64,000 nucleotides of DNA from Oscillospiraceae bacterium (GCA_015065135.1 SVQY01000001.1:10859-74858); one strand, 5' to 3'; positions 38,504 through 47,810 are shown, numbered from the stretch's first letter. A program made the numbers and translations. The notes: generated from the letters alone by a model not told the origin.

Positions 38504-40384
38504 TTACTCTTCTTCGTCATCGGCGGTCGTGTTATCGAGAGAGCCCTTGGGGGGCAGGTCGTCTTCATCGTCGATATGATGGAGCGAGCGATAAACGCGG
38601 CCGTCATCAGCAGCGGCCAGCGCTGCGTCGCTCTTGCCCTTGCTCTTGGCCTTCATTTCCTTTTCAGCGCGCTTGTAATCCTCCTCCGTAAAGGTGGGCA
38701 TCGGCATTGCCTTATGCAGAATGAACTGCTTGAGCATACCGATCAGGCACTTGAAGATCCAGTAGATACCGATAGCGGCGGGCGTGATGAAGGCGATATA
38801 CACACTCATCAGAGGCATGGTGATATCCATCATCTTGTTGGAGCAGCCCATCTGGGGATCCTGCTGGGCCGCAGGCTGATAGCTCAGCTTGCGAGTGACC
38901 TTCATGCTAAGGAAGTAAGCGACAAAGGTCAGGATCGGCACCAGGATCAAGGGCCAAAGCTGTGCGGTAGGCACAAAGCCGGTATTCATACCGAGGAATC
39001 TGAAGTTCGGCAGCAGCTCAACGTTCAGCGCATCGTGCACCTCAACGGCATTAGAGAAGTAGCTGAAGCTCTTCATAGCGCCCCAGTTACCGCTCTCCTG
39101 GATCTTGGTAAGCAGCTCGATGGTACCGCGCTTAGCGGCATCTGCGCCAAGGCCAAGACCGCCTGCGGCACGGGAGGTCTGTGCAAATCTTGCCAGATTT
39201 GCGGAGTAATCGGGACCCATACCCAGCATATAACGCAGGGGATCGATCACGATCTGATACAGGAAGATCACGATAGGCATCTGAATGAGCAAAGGCAGGC
39301 AGCCGCCCATAGGATTGAAGCCCTCATCCTGATACAGCTTCTGGATCTCCTGCTGCATCTTCTGCATCGAGGGCTGGTCGGTACGACCGGCGTACTTTTT
39401 GCGGATCGCTCTTTCCTTGGGAGAGAGCTTTGCCTGCTTGATCGAGTTCTTCTGCTGTCTGATGCCGAAGTAGATGAGCAGCAGCTCAACCAGTATGGCA
39501 AACCACAGCAGGCCGATCACATAATTATTAAAGGAAAGGTTCTTGGTCATCCAACCAAGGAACTTACCTACCCATACCAACAGGATCTGGGGGAAGCCGT
39601 CCTTGCCCATATTGGCGTTCTCACGCATAGTGCCGACGATCAGGCCGACCTGCTCGGCACTCAGAGCGTTCTTCCACTCATCAAAGCGCTCGGCATGCAT
39701 GGGATCGGTGGGGCGCAGACCCTCCAGTGCCTTTCTGGCAGCGGTCATATTTACTGCCAGCACGATACCGTCGCCGGAAAGGGCTACGGACACGGCCTCG
39801 CCGTTCTCCTTGTAATAGGTGAAGGTGGGGGTGTTATTACCGCTCTCGCTGGGGAGAGAGACGATATCGTTTGCGGTAACGTAAAGCTTGCTGGCGTTCA
39901 GGGCGTCCTTCTGGCCGCGTGCCGCATTGGCAAGTCGGTAGATGGTATTCTCTGCCCAGTTGGTCTCGGCAGCGATCTTGGCGCTCCACTGGTCATCCGG
40001 CAGGTTGACCCAGTAGATCACATCCAGCACCTGCTCGGGGGTAAGACCGGCGATCGCGGTCACCTCGGCAGGGGCACAAAGCACCAGCACGCCTCTGGCT
40101 GCGGTCATATCCACGGCCACGGCCTTGGTGGGATCCACCTCGGCATCGTTGAAGCCTTCCTTATATACGTTGTATCCGCGGAAGGCGGCAACGAAATTCT
40201 GCCGTGCGGTCTCATCCATTTTCAGAATGCGGGAGAAATACTTAACAGCATTTCCCTCATCCTCGTCTACCAGCTTGGTGTCGAGCGCAACAGAGCCGCC
40301 ACCGCAGGAGACCAGGCTGATCGTCAGAAGCAGAACAGCCAGCAAAAGAGCAAATGCTCTTTTGAAAATTTTCGTATTTTTCAT
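38504..40384 (-). CDS. yidC: YidC/Oxa1-family membrane insertase with a ~270-aa N-terminal extracytoplasmic extension
   Basis: Lipobox-like LVSCGG after the signal sequence. Core motifs QQKNSIKQAKLSPK, NPMGGCLPLLIQMPI and GIYW. The start was moved to ATG 40384 (MKNTKIF). Confidence 0.85.
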   Translation of the reverse strand: MKNTKIFKRAFALLLAVLLLTISLVSCGGGSVALDTKLVDEDEGNAVKYFSRILKMDETARQNFVAAFRGYNVYKEGFNDAEVDPTKAVAVDMTAARGVLVLCAPAEVTAIAGLTPEQVLDVIYWVNLPDDQWSAKIAAETNWAENTIYRLANAARGQKDALNASKLYVTANDIVSLPSESGNNTPTFTYYKENGEAVSVALSGDGIVLAVNMTAARKALEGLRPTDPMHAERFDEWKNALSAEQVGLIVGTMRENANMGKDGFPQILLVWVGKFLGWMTKNLSFNNYVIGLLWFAILVELLLIYFGIRQQKNSIKQAKLSPKERAIRKKYAGRTDQPSMQKMQQEIQKLYQDEGFNPMGGCLPLLIQMPIVIFLYQIVIDPLRYMLGMGPDYSANLARFAQTSRAAGGLGLGADAAKRGTIELLTKIQESGNWGAMKSFSYFSNAVEVHDALNVELLPNFRFLGMNTGFVPTAQLWPLILVPILTFVAYFLSMKVTRKLSYQPAAQQDPQMGCSNKMMDITMPLMSVYIAFITPAAIGIYWIFKCLIGMLKQFILHKAMPMPTFTEEDYKRAEKEMKAKSKGKSDAALAAADDGRVYRSLHHIDDEDDLPPKGSLDNTTADDEEE

Positions 40385-40428
40385 TGATACATTCCTTTCA
40401 ACGGTCATCAATGCAGGACTTAACGAAG

Positions 40429-40815
40429 TCAGTTTTCTTCGCTGTCCTTGGTGTAAGACGCTTCTTCGTTGCGGTGAGCAGCCTGCTCGCCGCCTTTGCC
40501 GTCGTCTTCCCGGCAAGGATCCGGCTGACTGTGACAGTCGCACAGATCTACGTTTTCATCGTCGATCGGTATCTCCCGAGAGCCCTTATAGCGCAAGCCT
40601 CGCTCCGGTACCGGGTCATAGCCGCCCACACAAAGGGGATTGCAGCGCAATATCCGCCAAACGGTCAGGACCAGTCCGACAAAAAAGCCTCGCTTTTGAA
40701 AGGCCTCCATCGCGTAAGCGGAGCAGCTGGGCACAAACCGACAGCAGGAGCCGCCCTTGTGGGGAGATATAAACCTTCTGTAAAATTTGATCAGTAGGAT
40801 ACAAAGATGCTTCAT
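40429..40815 (-). CDS. yidD: Membrane protein insertion efficiency factor YidD with a ~50-aa acidic/Cys-containing C-terminal extension
   Basis: Motifs [25 protein letters not shown] and RCNP. Its ATG overlaps the rnpA stop (ATGA). Only this part of track ORF 40429..41562 is credible. Confidence 0.8.
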   Translation of the reverse strand: MKHLCILLIKFYRRFISPHKGGSCCRFVPSCSAYAMEAFQKRGFFVGLVLTVWRILRCNPLCVGGYDPVPERGLRYKGSREIPIDDENVDLCDCHSQPDPCREDDGKGGEQAAHRNEEASYTKDSEEN

Positions 40816-41195
40816 ACCGTCTCCTGCGGGATCATTTCCAAGCGACGGAAGAGCCGCAGCATTTCTGCCGTGACATCCTGCGCCTTCTTTTCTCTGATCT
40901 CCTCTCTCGCCGCCAGGATCACCAAAAATCCCGACTTGACCCCCGCTGCCTTTACGGCGCGGTAGCCCTCGCGCAGCAGCCGCTTGGCGCGGTTGCGCTG
41001 CACGGCACCTCCGATCTTTTTGCCGACCGAAAGTCCCACACGATTGAGATATTGCTTTTGCGGATTGGCCTCGCGTAATCGCCGCGCGGCATAGTCGCGC
41101 AGCACGTATACCGCCACCAGCTTGCCCACAGCGCGCTGCCCCTTGGCAAACGCCTTGTTGTAAAGATGGTGTTCTTTGATCGCATACTCTTTCAT
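40812..41195 (-). CDS. rnpA: Ribonuclease P protein component
   Basis: Basic 127-aa protein with the RNR-like motif [18 protein letters not shown]. Conserved position between rpmH and yidD. Confidence 0.85.
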   Translation of the reverse strand: MKEYAIKEHHLYNKAFAKGQRAVGKLVAVYVLRDYAARRLREANPQKQYLNRVGLSVGKKIGGAVQRNRAKRLLREGYRAVKAAGVKSGFLVILAAREEIREKKAQDVTAEMLRLFRRLEMIPQETV

Positions 41196-41340
41196 GAATC
41201 CTGTACCTTTTGCTTCCGTTTGTGTTGTTTTTTTCTTTTTTGTGCGAAAATTCCCGCAACGTGTCCGGGTTTTTGTGTTTTTGCTCACACCGCTTGTCCG
41301 GATCCGGGATCCGGCAGCACCGCAGCTCTTGCTTTTGCAT

Positions 41341-41750
41341 GCAGACGGGCGACGGCGTACTTAGCGTACGGCAAGCTCGGCTGAGGAGCAACAAAGCATC
41401 GCGCCGCTTCTCATCTCGGAAGAAAAGAGCAAGCGAGGCAAGGCGCACCGCAGCAGGCGGACGATGGCGTACTTGGAGTACGGCAAGCTCGGCTGCGAGG
41501 AGCAACAAAGCATCGCGCCGCTTCTCATCTCGGAAGAAAAGAGCAAGCGAGGCAAGGCGCACCGGAGCAGACGGGCGACGGCGTACTTAGCGTACGTCGA
41601 GTTCGGCTGCGAGGAGCAACGTAGCATCGCGCCGCTTCTCATCTCGGAAGAAAAGAGCAAGCGAGGCAAGGCGCACCGCAGCAGGCGGACGACGGCGTAC
41701 TTGCCGTACGTCGAGTTCGGCTGCGAGGAGCAACGTAGCATCGCGCCGCT
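41341..41750. repeat. Tandem direct repeat, about 3.6 copies of a 112-114-bp unit
   Basis: The anchor GGCGTAC recurs at 41354, 41466, 41580 and 41694. A 56-nt core (AGCATCGCGCCGCTTCTCATCTCGGAAGAAAAGAGCAAGCGAGGCAAGGCGCACCG) is identical in three copies. Confidence 0.9.
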
Positions 41751-41761
41751 ATTTTCTTTCG

Positions 41762-41798
41762 AGAAAAATGACCGATGAGCGGAACTGCATCATCGGTC
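41762..41798 (-). terminator. Intrinsic terminator directly after rpmH
   Basis: 9-bp stem GACCGATGA/TCATCGGTC followed by ATTTTTC on the minus strand. Confidence 0.7.
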
Positions 41799-41832
41799 AT
41801 CCTTCTATGTGAGCAAGTGAGACCGATTGAAA

Positions 41833-41967
41833 TTAGTAGGTCAGTCTCTTTCTGCCTTTTGCACGTCTTCTCTTAAGAACGTTTCTGCCGTCAGCAGTTC
41901 TCATTCTCTTTCTGAAACCGTGCTCCTTCTTTCTCTGACGCTTTTTGGGCTGATAAGTTCTGAGCAT
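41833..41967 (-). CDS. rpmH: 50S ribosomal protein L34
   Basis: Translated by hand because it falls below the track cutoff: [55 protein letters not shown]. Confidence 0.95.
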   Translation of the reverse strand: MLRTYQPKKRQRKKEHGFRKRMRTADGRNVLKRRRAKGRKRLTY

Positions 41968-42046
41968 AGTGGCACCTCCTTGATATTTGGATTCGGAAGC
42001 GTATCGGACAGTGACCCAATGGACGCTTTTTACAGTGACATCGTTT

Positions 42047-42076
42047 ATTATACACGGATGCCCGGGTGTTTGTCAA
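42047..42076 (-). promoter_or_regulatory. Promoter of rpmH
   Basis: On the minus strand: TTGACA (42071-42076), 18 nt, TATAAT (42047-42052). Confidence 0.65.
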
Positions 42077-42176
42077 GAGTTTTTTTGATTTTAGGCAATT
42101 TTTTCTTATTTATATTAATAAAAAGATGAAAAAATGTTCGGTTTTGGGCAGTTTCACGCAAATCGGGTCTTTTTTC

Positions 42177-42488
42177 TCACGCAAAAGGGATCAGCTCTAC
42201 GAGAAAGACCGTGACGCAGGCAGCCAATGCCACCACGGGGAGCTTGCATCGAAGCAGCGAGAGCACCACCGCCACCAGCAGCGCAGCCAGCGCCGACCAG
42301 ATCACATTGGTGGCAAACAAAATGGCGGGAAAGGTCATTACCGCAAGCGTAACGTAGGGCACGTAGTAAAGGAAGGAGCGCACGAAGCGATTGGTGATCT
42401 CCCGACGGATCAGCACCAAGGGCAGCACACGGATGATGTAGGTGACCAATGCCATCAGCAAAATGGCGAAATAGATATTATTCACCAT
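42177..42488 (-). CDS. azlD: AzlD-family branched-chain amino acid transport protein
   Basis: 103-aa hydrophobic protein overlapping the upstream azlC-like gene. Confidence 0.75.
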   Translation of the reverse strand: MVNNIYFAILLMALVTYIIRVLPLVLIRREITNRFVRSFLYYVPYVTLAVMTFPAILFATNVIWSALAALLVAVVLSLLRCKLPVVALAACVTVFLVELIPFA

Positions 42489-43248
42489 TTTCGCTCACCT
42501 CCTCCTTCTCCTGTGTTTCCTTGACCGGGAACAGCAGCGCCGCTACCGCAGCGATCGCCACGGTGAGGAAGATGATCTGGAAGCCGTCGGTAAACCAGCT
42601 CCAGGAAAGCCCCTTGACCAGGTAATGCAGCCCTGCGCCGGCCGCCATCGAGATCACCACAACACCGGCGATCACACGGCTTTTGCGTGCAGGGGGCAGA
42701 ATAATGGCAAGAAACATGGCATACAATGCCACGCTGAGCGCGCTGACCGCTCTTGCCGGCAGGGCATTGCCCAGCAGCGCACCGAGCAGCGTGCCAAGTG
42801 TCCAGCCCGGCACCGCCACCGCAATGGCTCCGTAGCTGTAGGCAGGCCGCAGTCTGCCCTCTACCGCCATAGAAATACCAAAGATCTCATCCGTCACGCC
42901 GTAACCGATAAGGAAACGGTGCAGCATCGAGGTCTCGGGCGCGATCTTTTGCGAGAGCGAGCAGGACATCAGCAGATACCGCATATTGATAACCAGCTGG
43001 GTAAAGGCCAGCTCCACATAGGTGGTGCCGACGCCAAGCAGTGCAATGCCTGCCGCTTCACCCGCAGAGGTCACATTGAGAAAGGACATTAAGGCCGCCT
43101 GAAACGCAGTCATCTCCGCTCGCATGGCATTGATGCCGAGCGCAAAGGCTACAGCAAAATAGCCAAGTGCGATGGGAAGGCCGTCACGCATACCCCGTAA
43201 GAACCATCCGGCTCCTTCTTTTTTCACACGATCATCCCTTTTTAACAT
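42478..43248 (-). CDS. azlC: AzlC-family branched-chain amino acid permease component
   Basis: Multi-TM protein with GLPIALGYFAVAFALG near the N-terminus. The exact start is uncertain: ATG 43248, GTG 43227 or ATG 43191. Confidence 0.75.
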   Translation of the reverse strand: MLKRDDRVKKEGAGWFLRGMRDGLPIALGYFAVAFALGINAMRAEMTAFQAALMSFLNVTSAGEAAGIALLGVGTTYVELAFTQLVINMRYLLMSCSLSQKIAPETSMLHRFLIGYGVTDEIFGISMAVEGRLRPAYSYGAIAVAVPGWTLGTLLGALLGNALPARAVSALSVALYAMFLAIILPPARKSRVIAGVVVISMAAGAGLHYLVKGLSWSWFTDGFQIIFLTVAIAAVAALLFPVKETQEKEEVSENGE

Positions 43249-43360
43249 AATACCCTATTATTGTAGTCCAATCCACATAGAATGTCAAGAGGGATCGCGA
43301 CTTTTACGGCGCACGGCTATTTTGCCAATACAGAGCCATACTAAAGGGGGAGGTGCGCCT

Positions 43361-44314
43361 ATGATTTTTTATTGTTTTTCCGAAAAAAACCATACCGTTA
43401 CGGGGGATATGCCGGATCCCGCCCTGCTGGGGCGCGAGATCCGCCTCCTTGTGGGAATGCTGACGGTGGAGGAACTGGAGGCAGTAGCACCACGCCTTTC
43501 CCTGCCCCCGGACACTCTGCGCCAATGCCGCGAGGAGGTGCGCTATTTTCGCAATAGCTTAGAGGTAGGTGAGCAGGTCAGCTTTGCTACCGTCAAGCGC
43601 ACCGCCGGCGGCGAGACCGGTGAGGATTGCATCGCACTTTATCTGCAAAAAAGCTGTTTTTTGGTGGTAGACATCCGGGATAGCGACGGCAGCGTGCAAC
43701 GGGGGCTGGAGGCCGCCATAGGGCGGTGCCAGCCCTCCGCCGGCAAGGGACAGCTGATCGCCGCCTTTCTGGATACGCTGATCGAAGGGGACGCACGGCT
43801 TTTGGAGGAGCTGGAGTTCACCTTTTCGGGGCTCGAGGAGGAGGTGCTGCGAGATACGCTTGGCGGCGAAGATGATTTTATCATCCGCCTGCTGCATCAC
43901 AAGCAGTATCTGCTTTTGCTGCACAATTACTACGGTCAGCTATGCGAGATCGCCACCTCGTTGGCCGAGGACGAGAACCGCCTGTTGGTGCGGGGCGAGG
44001 CGCGTGCGCTGCGACGCTTTGCTGACCGCGCCGAGCGGCTTTCCCGTACCGTTTCCACCCTGCGCGAGCAGCTGGGGCAGCTCCGCGAGGCATATCAATC
44101 GATGCTGGATCAACGGATGAACGCCATCATGAAGACCTTTACCGTGCTTTCCGCCATCTTTCTTCCCCTCTCACTGATCGTTGGCTGGTACGGCATGAAT
44201 TTTACCGCCATGCCCGAGCTGCATTGGCGCTTTGGCTATCCTATGGTGGTGCTTTTGTGTGCCGCGGTAACGCTGATTTGCATAAAAATTTTCAAAAAGC
44301 ACCATTGGATCTAA
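43361..44314 (+). CDS. corA: CorA-family magnesium/cobalt transporter
   Basis: GWYGMNF signature before the last TM segment. AAAGGGGGAGG RBS before ATG 43361. Confidence 0.85.
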   Translation: MIFYCFSEKNHTVTGDMPDPALLGREIRLLVGMLTVEELEAVAPRLSLPPDTLRQCREEVRYFRNSLEVGEQVSFATVKRTAGGETGEDCIALYLQKSCFLVVDIRDSDGSVQRGLEAAIGRCQPSAGKGQLIAAFLDTLIEGDARLLEELEFTFSGLEEEVLRDTLGGEDDFIIRLLHHKQYLLLLHNYYGQLCEIATSLAEDENRLLVRGEARALRRFADRAERLSRTVSTLREQLGQLREAYQSMLDQRMNAIMKTFTVLSAIFLPLSLIVGWYGMNFTAMPELHWRFGYPMVVLLCAAVTLICIKIFKKHHWI

Positions 44315-44478
44315 GTAAACCCCCGTGAAAAAGCGGTTTTTCGGGGGGAATACCAAAAACAATGAAATTTTTTGATTTGCGTCTTGCAAAATCCTCTCCC
44401 TTGTGATATAATAATAAGAACTTATTGAAATAGGAAAAGATTTGCGCTTTCAAACCGCCAAAAGAGAGGTGTTATCCC

Positions 44479-45861
44479 ATGACGCATTTGAATATAAACG
44501 ATACGTTTGATGCCGAGAATGCCGAGATCCTGGAGGAGCTCGTTGCCGTATCGCAAAAAGAGTACCAGATCCCCAGCTCCACCTTCGACAACTACCGCGT
44601 AAAGCGCGGCCTGCGCGAGCCGGACGGCACCGGCGTAATGGCCGGCGTTACCCGTATCTGCAACGCCCACGGCTATATCATTGATGAGGGTGAGCGCACC
44701 CCCGTTGACGGCCGCCTGTACTACCGCGGCTACCGCATGAGCGATCTGTGTGAAAACTTTGTAAAGGAGGGGCGCTTCGGCTTTGCCGAGTGCTGCTATC
44801 TGCTCTTCTTCGGCCATCTTCCCACCGCCGAGCAGCTCACGCGCTTCACCACCCTGCTGGATCGCTACGCCAGACTTCCCTCGCGCTTTGATGAGGATAT
44901 TCTGATGAAGGCGCCCACGCCCTCGATCATGAACAAGTTGGCCACCGGCGTGCTTTCGCTCTATGCTTATGACGACAATCCCGACGAGACCAGTCTTGCC
45001 AATATGATCCGCCAGAGCATGCAGCTGGTTGCCCGTCTGCCGGTGATCGCCGCGCACACCTATGCGGTCTACCGCAACGTTTACGGCGGCCATAGCCTGA
45101 ACCTGCACAATCCCAAGGAAGGTCTTGCTACCGCTGAAAACTTTCTGCGTATGCTCCGCCCCGACAAGCAGTACACCGAGGAGGAGGCCAGACTGCTGGA
45201 CCTCTGCCTTGTGATCCACGCCGAGCACGGCGGCGGAAACAACTCCTCCTTTGCTTGCCGCGTGCTTTCTTCCTCCGGCACCGACACCTATTCGGCCATC
45301 GGCGCAGCCATCGGCTCGCTGAAGGGCCCCCGTCACGGCGGTGCCAACCTGAAGGTGCAGGAGATGTTCGATTGCATCAAGGAGAACGTGCACGATCCCA
45401 AGGACGATGAGGAGATGATGGCATTCCTGGCCAAGATCCTGCGCGGTGAGGCCAACGACCACTCCGGCCTGATCTACGGTATGGGCCACGCCATTTACAC
45501 CAAGTCGGATCCCCGTGCGGTGATGCTGAAGAAGCACGCCCGCGATCTGGCAGAAAAGAAGGGCTACGGTGATGACTTTGCCCTGCTGGAGAGCATCGAG
45601 CGCCTGACCCCCGAGGTCTTCCGCCGCTATAAGGGCGTGAACCGCGAGATGTGTGCCAACGTGGATCTGTACTCCGGTCTTATCTACCGGATGCTGAACA
45701 TCCCCACCTGCATGTATACCCCCCTGTTCGCCATCGCCCGCGTTTCCGGCTGGTGTGCCCACCGCATCGAGGAATACGCCACCGCGAAAAAGATCATCCG
45801 TCCTGCCTACAAGTGCATCACCGAGCGGCAGGAGTACATTCCTTTGAAAGAAAGAAAATAA
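44479..45861 (+). CDS. Citrate synthase
   Basis: 460 aa with motifs HAEHGGGNNS and YGMGHAIY..SDPR of the citrate synthase family. Confidence 0.85.
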   Translation: MTHLNINDTFDAENAEILEELVAVSQKEYQIPSSTFDNYRVKRGLREPDGTGVMAGVTRICNAHGYIIDEGERTPVDGRLYYRGYRMSDLCENFVKEGRFGFAECCYLLFFGHLPTAEQLTRFTTLLDRYARLPSRFDEDILMKAPTPSIMNKLATGVLSLYAYDDNPDETSLANMIRQSMQLVARLPVIAAHTYAVYRNVYGGHSLNLHNPKEGLATAENFLRMLRPDKQYTEEEARLLDLCLVIHAEHGGGNNSSFACRVLSSSGTDTYSAIGAAIGSLKGPRHGGANLKVQEMFDCIKENVHDPKDDEEMMAFLAKILRGEANDHSGLIYGMGHAIYTKSDPRAVMLKKHARDLAEKKGYGDDFALLESIERLTPEVFRRYKGVNREMCANVDLYSGLIYRMLNIPTCMYTPLFAIARVSGWCAHRIEEYATAKKIIRPAYKCITERQEYIPLKERK

Positions 45862-45863
45862 CG

Positions 45864-45903
45864 CAAAAAAAGAACACGGTTTGCAAAACCGTGTTCTTTT
45901 TTG
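45864..45903. terminator. Bidirectional intrinsic terminator
   Basis: AGAACACGGTTTGCAAAACCGTGTTCT flanked by A7 and T7 runs. Confidence 0.85.
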
Positions 45904-45905
45904 TT

Positions 45906-47024
45906 TTAAGCCTGATAATCGGTGCAAACGTCAAGCAGCTTGGCGCCCACGTTCTTGCCGATCTGATAGCAGTCCGCCTGACCCCAGTGCGCACTATCCG
46001 TACCGCCGGGTACGACGACCGCCTCGTTTTTCGCTTCATCCCAGACCATTACATCATAGACAGAATTATCTATAATGTAGCAGTTCGCATTGTCCTCGGC
46101 CAGCTTCTTCTGCATCGCAATAAAAGGCAGGTTTCTGGCCTCGGTTGCAGCCACGCCGGTATCCAGACGGTAGGTTCTGGAAATCGTGCCGATGAAGAAT
46201 GGCATATCCTGTGCGCCGCCGTAGTTGCCCTGCAGGTCACGCATGATCTCCTTGAGATCGTTGCGCCAGTCGGTCACCAGGCACGCGAATGCGGCCGGAT
46301 ACCAACGAGAGCTCTTGGAGGAGGTGGACTCACCGGTGGTGTAACGCCAGGTATCGTTACAACCCTGCATCCAGTACAGACCCTTGATATTGATCTTGGT
46401 ATAGCCCATTTCCTTCAGCTCGTAAAGGCGCTTCTCTGCCTCCTCCACAAAGCCACGGTAAAGGAAGCCCTTGTAGGCAAGATCGGGATCGTCGGGGTCA
46501 TGCTCGGAGTAGGAAGGGGGAGACCAGTTGCCGTCGCGGTTGCCGTTGGCCTCGGTGTTGGCAAGGCCGGTGCCGCCGTGGGCATATTTGATGATGCCGG
46601 CGACCTTGCCTGTCTCGGCATTATAATACTTAGAAAGCTCCTTGGCCATACCGACCTCGGGACCCATCTTGGTGCTGCTGGCACCAAGGCCAAGCTTTAC
46701 ACTGCCCCAATCATAGGTCACCGTATTGTTCGGGCTATTGCCGGCAGAGTTACCCGCATACAGAATGTAAGGGTTGGTGCCGGTCTTCAGCTCGGGATAA
46801 TCGGCATAGATCTCGTCAGCATTCTTGATAACGGTGGATCCGGCCGCATTGGACTGACCTGCAATGAAATAGATGTCGATCTCCTTTTCGGTGCTTTCGG
46901 TCTTACCGTCATCAGGGCCGCCTTCAGGAGGCGGATCCTCGCCCTCATCACAGGCGACCAGTAGCGGAAGGATCATCAGCATTGCCAAAAGCATAGCCAA
47001 AAGTCTTCTTTTCCAATTTCTCAT
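45906..47024 (-). CDS. Lipoprotein, SASA/DUF303-type carbohydrate (sialate O-acetyl)esterase-like
   Basis: Lipobox LLVAC and a GQSNAAG catalytic-serine block. The start was moved to ATG 47024 (GAAAGGAGAA RBS). Confidence 0.65.
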   Translation of the reverse strand: MRNWKRRLLAMLLAMLMILPLLVACDEGEDPPPEGGPDDGKTESTEKEIDIYFIAGQSNAAGSTVIKNADEIYADYPELKTGTNPYILYAGNSAGNSPNNTVTYDWGSVKLGLGASSTKMGPEVGMAKELSKYYNAETGKVAGIIKYAHGGTGLANTEANGNRDGNWSPPSYSEHDPDDPDLAYKGFLYRGFVEEAEKRLYELKEMGYTKINIKGLYWMQGCNDTWRYTTGESTSSKSSRWYPAAFACLVTDWRNDLKEIMRDLQGNYGGAQDMPFFIGTISRTYRLDTGVAATEARNLPFIAMQKKLAEDNANCYIIDNSVYDVMVWDEAKNEAVVVPGGTDSAHWGQADCYQIGKNVGAKLLDVCTDYQA

Positions 47025-47156
47025 ATCACATTCTCCTTTCATGGATATAGGGATACAATTTCATTGTATCATATCTTTATTTGAAATGCAATTATTCTCG
47101 GAAAATATCCCCTCAAAAAATTTTTTAGAATTTTTCTAATTTTTTCGAAAAACCTA

Positions 47157-47185
47157 TTGCAATTTTCAAAAAAGTATGCTAAAAT
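47157..47185 (+). promoter_or_regulatory. Promoter of the rubrerythrin gene
   Basis: TTGCAA (47157-47162), 17 nt, TAAAAT (47180-47185). Confidence 0.6.
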
Positions 47186-47264
47186 AGAATCAATCTAAAA
47201 AGCAGATGCGGTCGAGTGACATCACCGACCGGAAAATTCAACATAAAAAAAGGAGATCTTTGAT

Positions 47265-47810
47265 ATGAAAAAGTTTGTATGTTCCGTTTGCGGTTATGTT
47301 CACGAAGGCGATGCTGCCCCCGAAAGATGCCCCCAGTGCAAGGTTCCTGCCGAAAAGTTCAACGAGGTCAAGGAGACCGAGAGAGCTTGGGCAGCTGAGC
47401 ACGTTGTAGGCGTTGCAAGCGGCGCTCCCGAGGCTATTCTTGAGGGTCTGCGCGCAAACTTTATGGGTGAGTGCACCGAGGTCGGTATGTATCTTGCTAT
47501 GGCAAGAGTTGCTCACCGCGAGGGCTATCCCGAGATCGGCCTTTACTGGGAGAAGGCAGCCTATGAGGAGGCTGAGCACGCCGCAAAATTCGCTGAGCTT
47601 TTGGGCGAGGTCGTAACCGACTCCACCAAAAAGAACCTGGAAATGCGCGTTGAGGCCGAGAACGGCGCAACCGCAGGCAAGTTTGAGCTGGCCAAGATGG
47701 CAAAGGAGCTGAACCTGGATGCTATCCACGACACCGTTCACGAGATGGCACGCGACGAGGCTCGCCACGGCAAGGCATTCGAGGGCCTGCTTCAGAGATA
47801 CTTCGGCTAA
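47265..47810 (+). CDS. rbr: Reverse rubrerythrin (N-terminal rubredoxin-like CxxC..CxxC, C-terminal diiron ferritin-like domain)
   Basis: CSVCGY...CPQC at the N-terminus. EGE..E and E.EH / EA.H diiron motifs follow. Confidence 0.85.
   Translation: MKKFVCSVCGYVHEGDAAPERCPQCKVPAEKFNEVKETERAWAAEHVVGVASGAPEAILEGLRANFMGECTEVGMYLAMARVAHREGYPEIGLYWEKAAYEEAEHAAKFAELLGEVVTDSTKKNLEMRVEAENGATAGKFELAKMAKELNLDAIHDTVHEMARDEARHGKAFEGLLQRYFG

Noticed and set aside
40816-41562. Long N-terminal extension of track ORF 40429..41562 (377 aa).
   Set aside because: Only the last 128 codons (from ATG 40815) match YidD. The upstream part overlaps rnpA in another frame and runs through the tandem repeat, so it is read-through of non-coding or other-frame sequence.
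41341-41750. Possible CRISPR array.
   Set aside because: The units are contiguous, with no unique spacers between them. The unit length of ~114 bp is far above CRISPR repeat size, and there are no cas genes in the window.
41210-41778. Three overlapping ORFs (41210..41590 plus, 41361..41741 minus, 41464..41778 plus) across the 114-bp tandem array, including a 38-aa repeat peptide on the rpmH/rnpA strand.
   Set aside because: All frames are open simply because a stop-free unit is repeated. No Shine-Dalgarno sequence precedes any Met. One unit is 112 bp, which breaks the frame, and the compositions are Arg/Ser/Leu-rich nonsense. The region is treated as non-coding repeat DNA, and the caveat is recorded in the finding.
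41968-42176. oriC/DnaA-box cluster upstream of rpmH.
   Set aside because: The AT-rich 200 bp contain a good rpmH promoter, but I could not find repeated TTATCCACA/TGTGGATAA-like 9-mers by eye, and dnaA is not adjacent. This cannot be called an origin without a GC-skew and DnaA-box computation.
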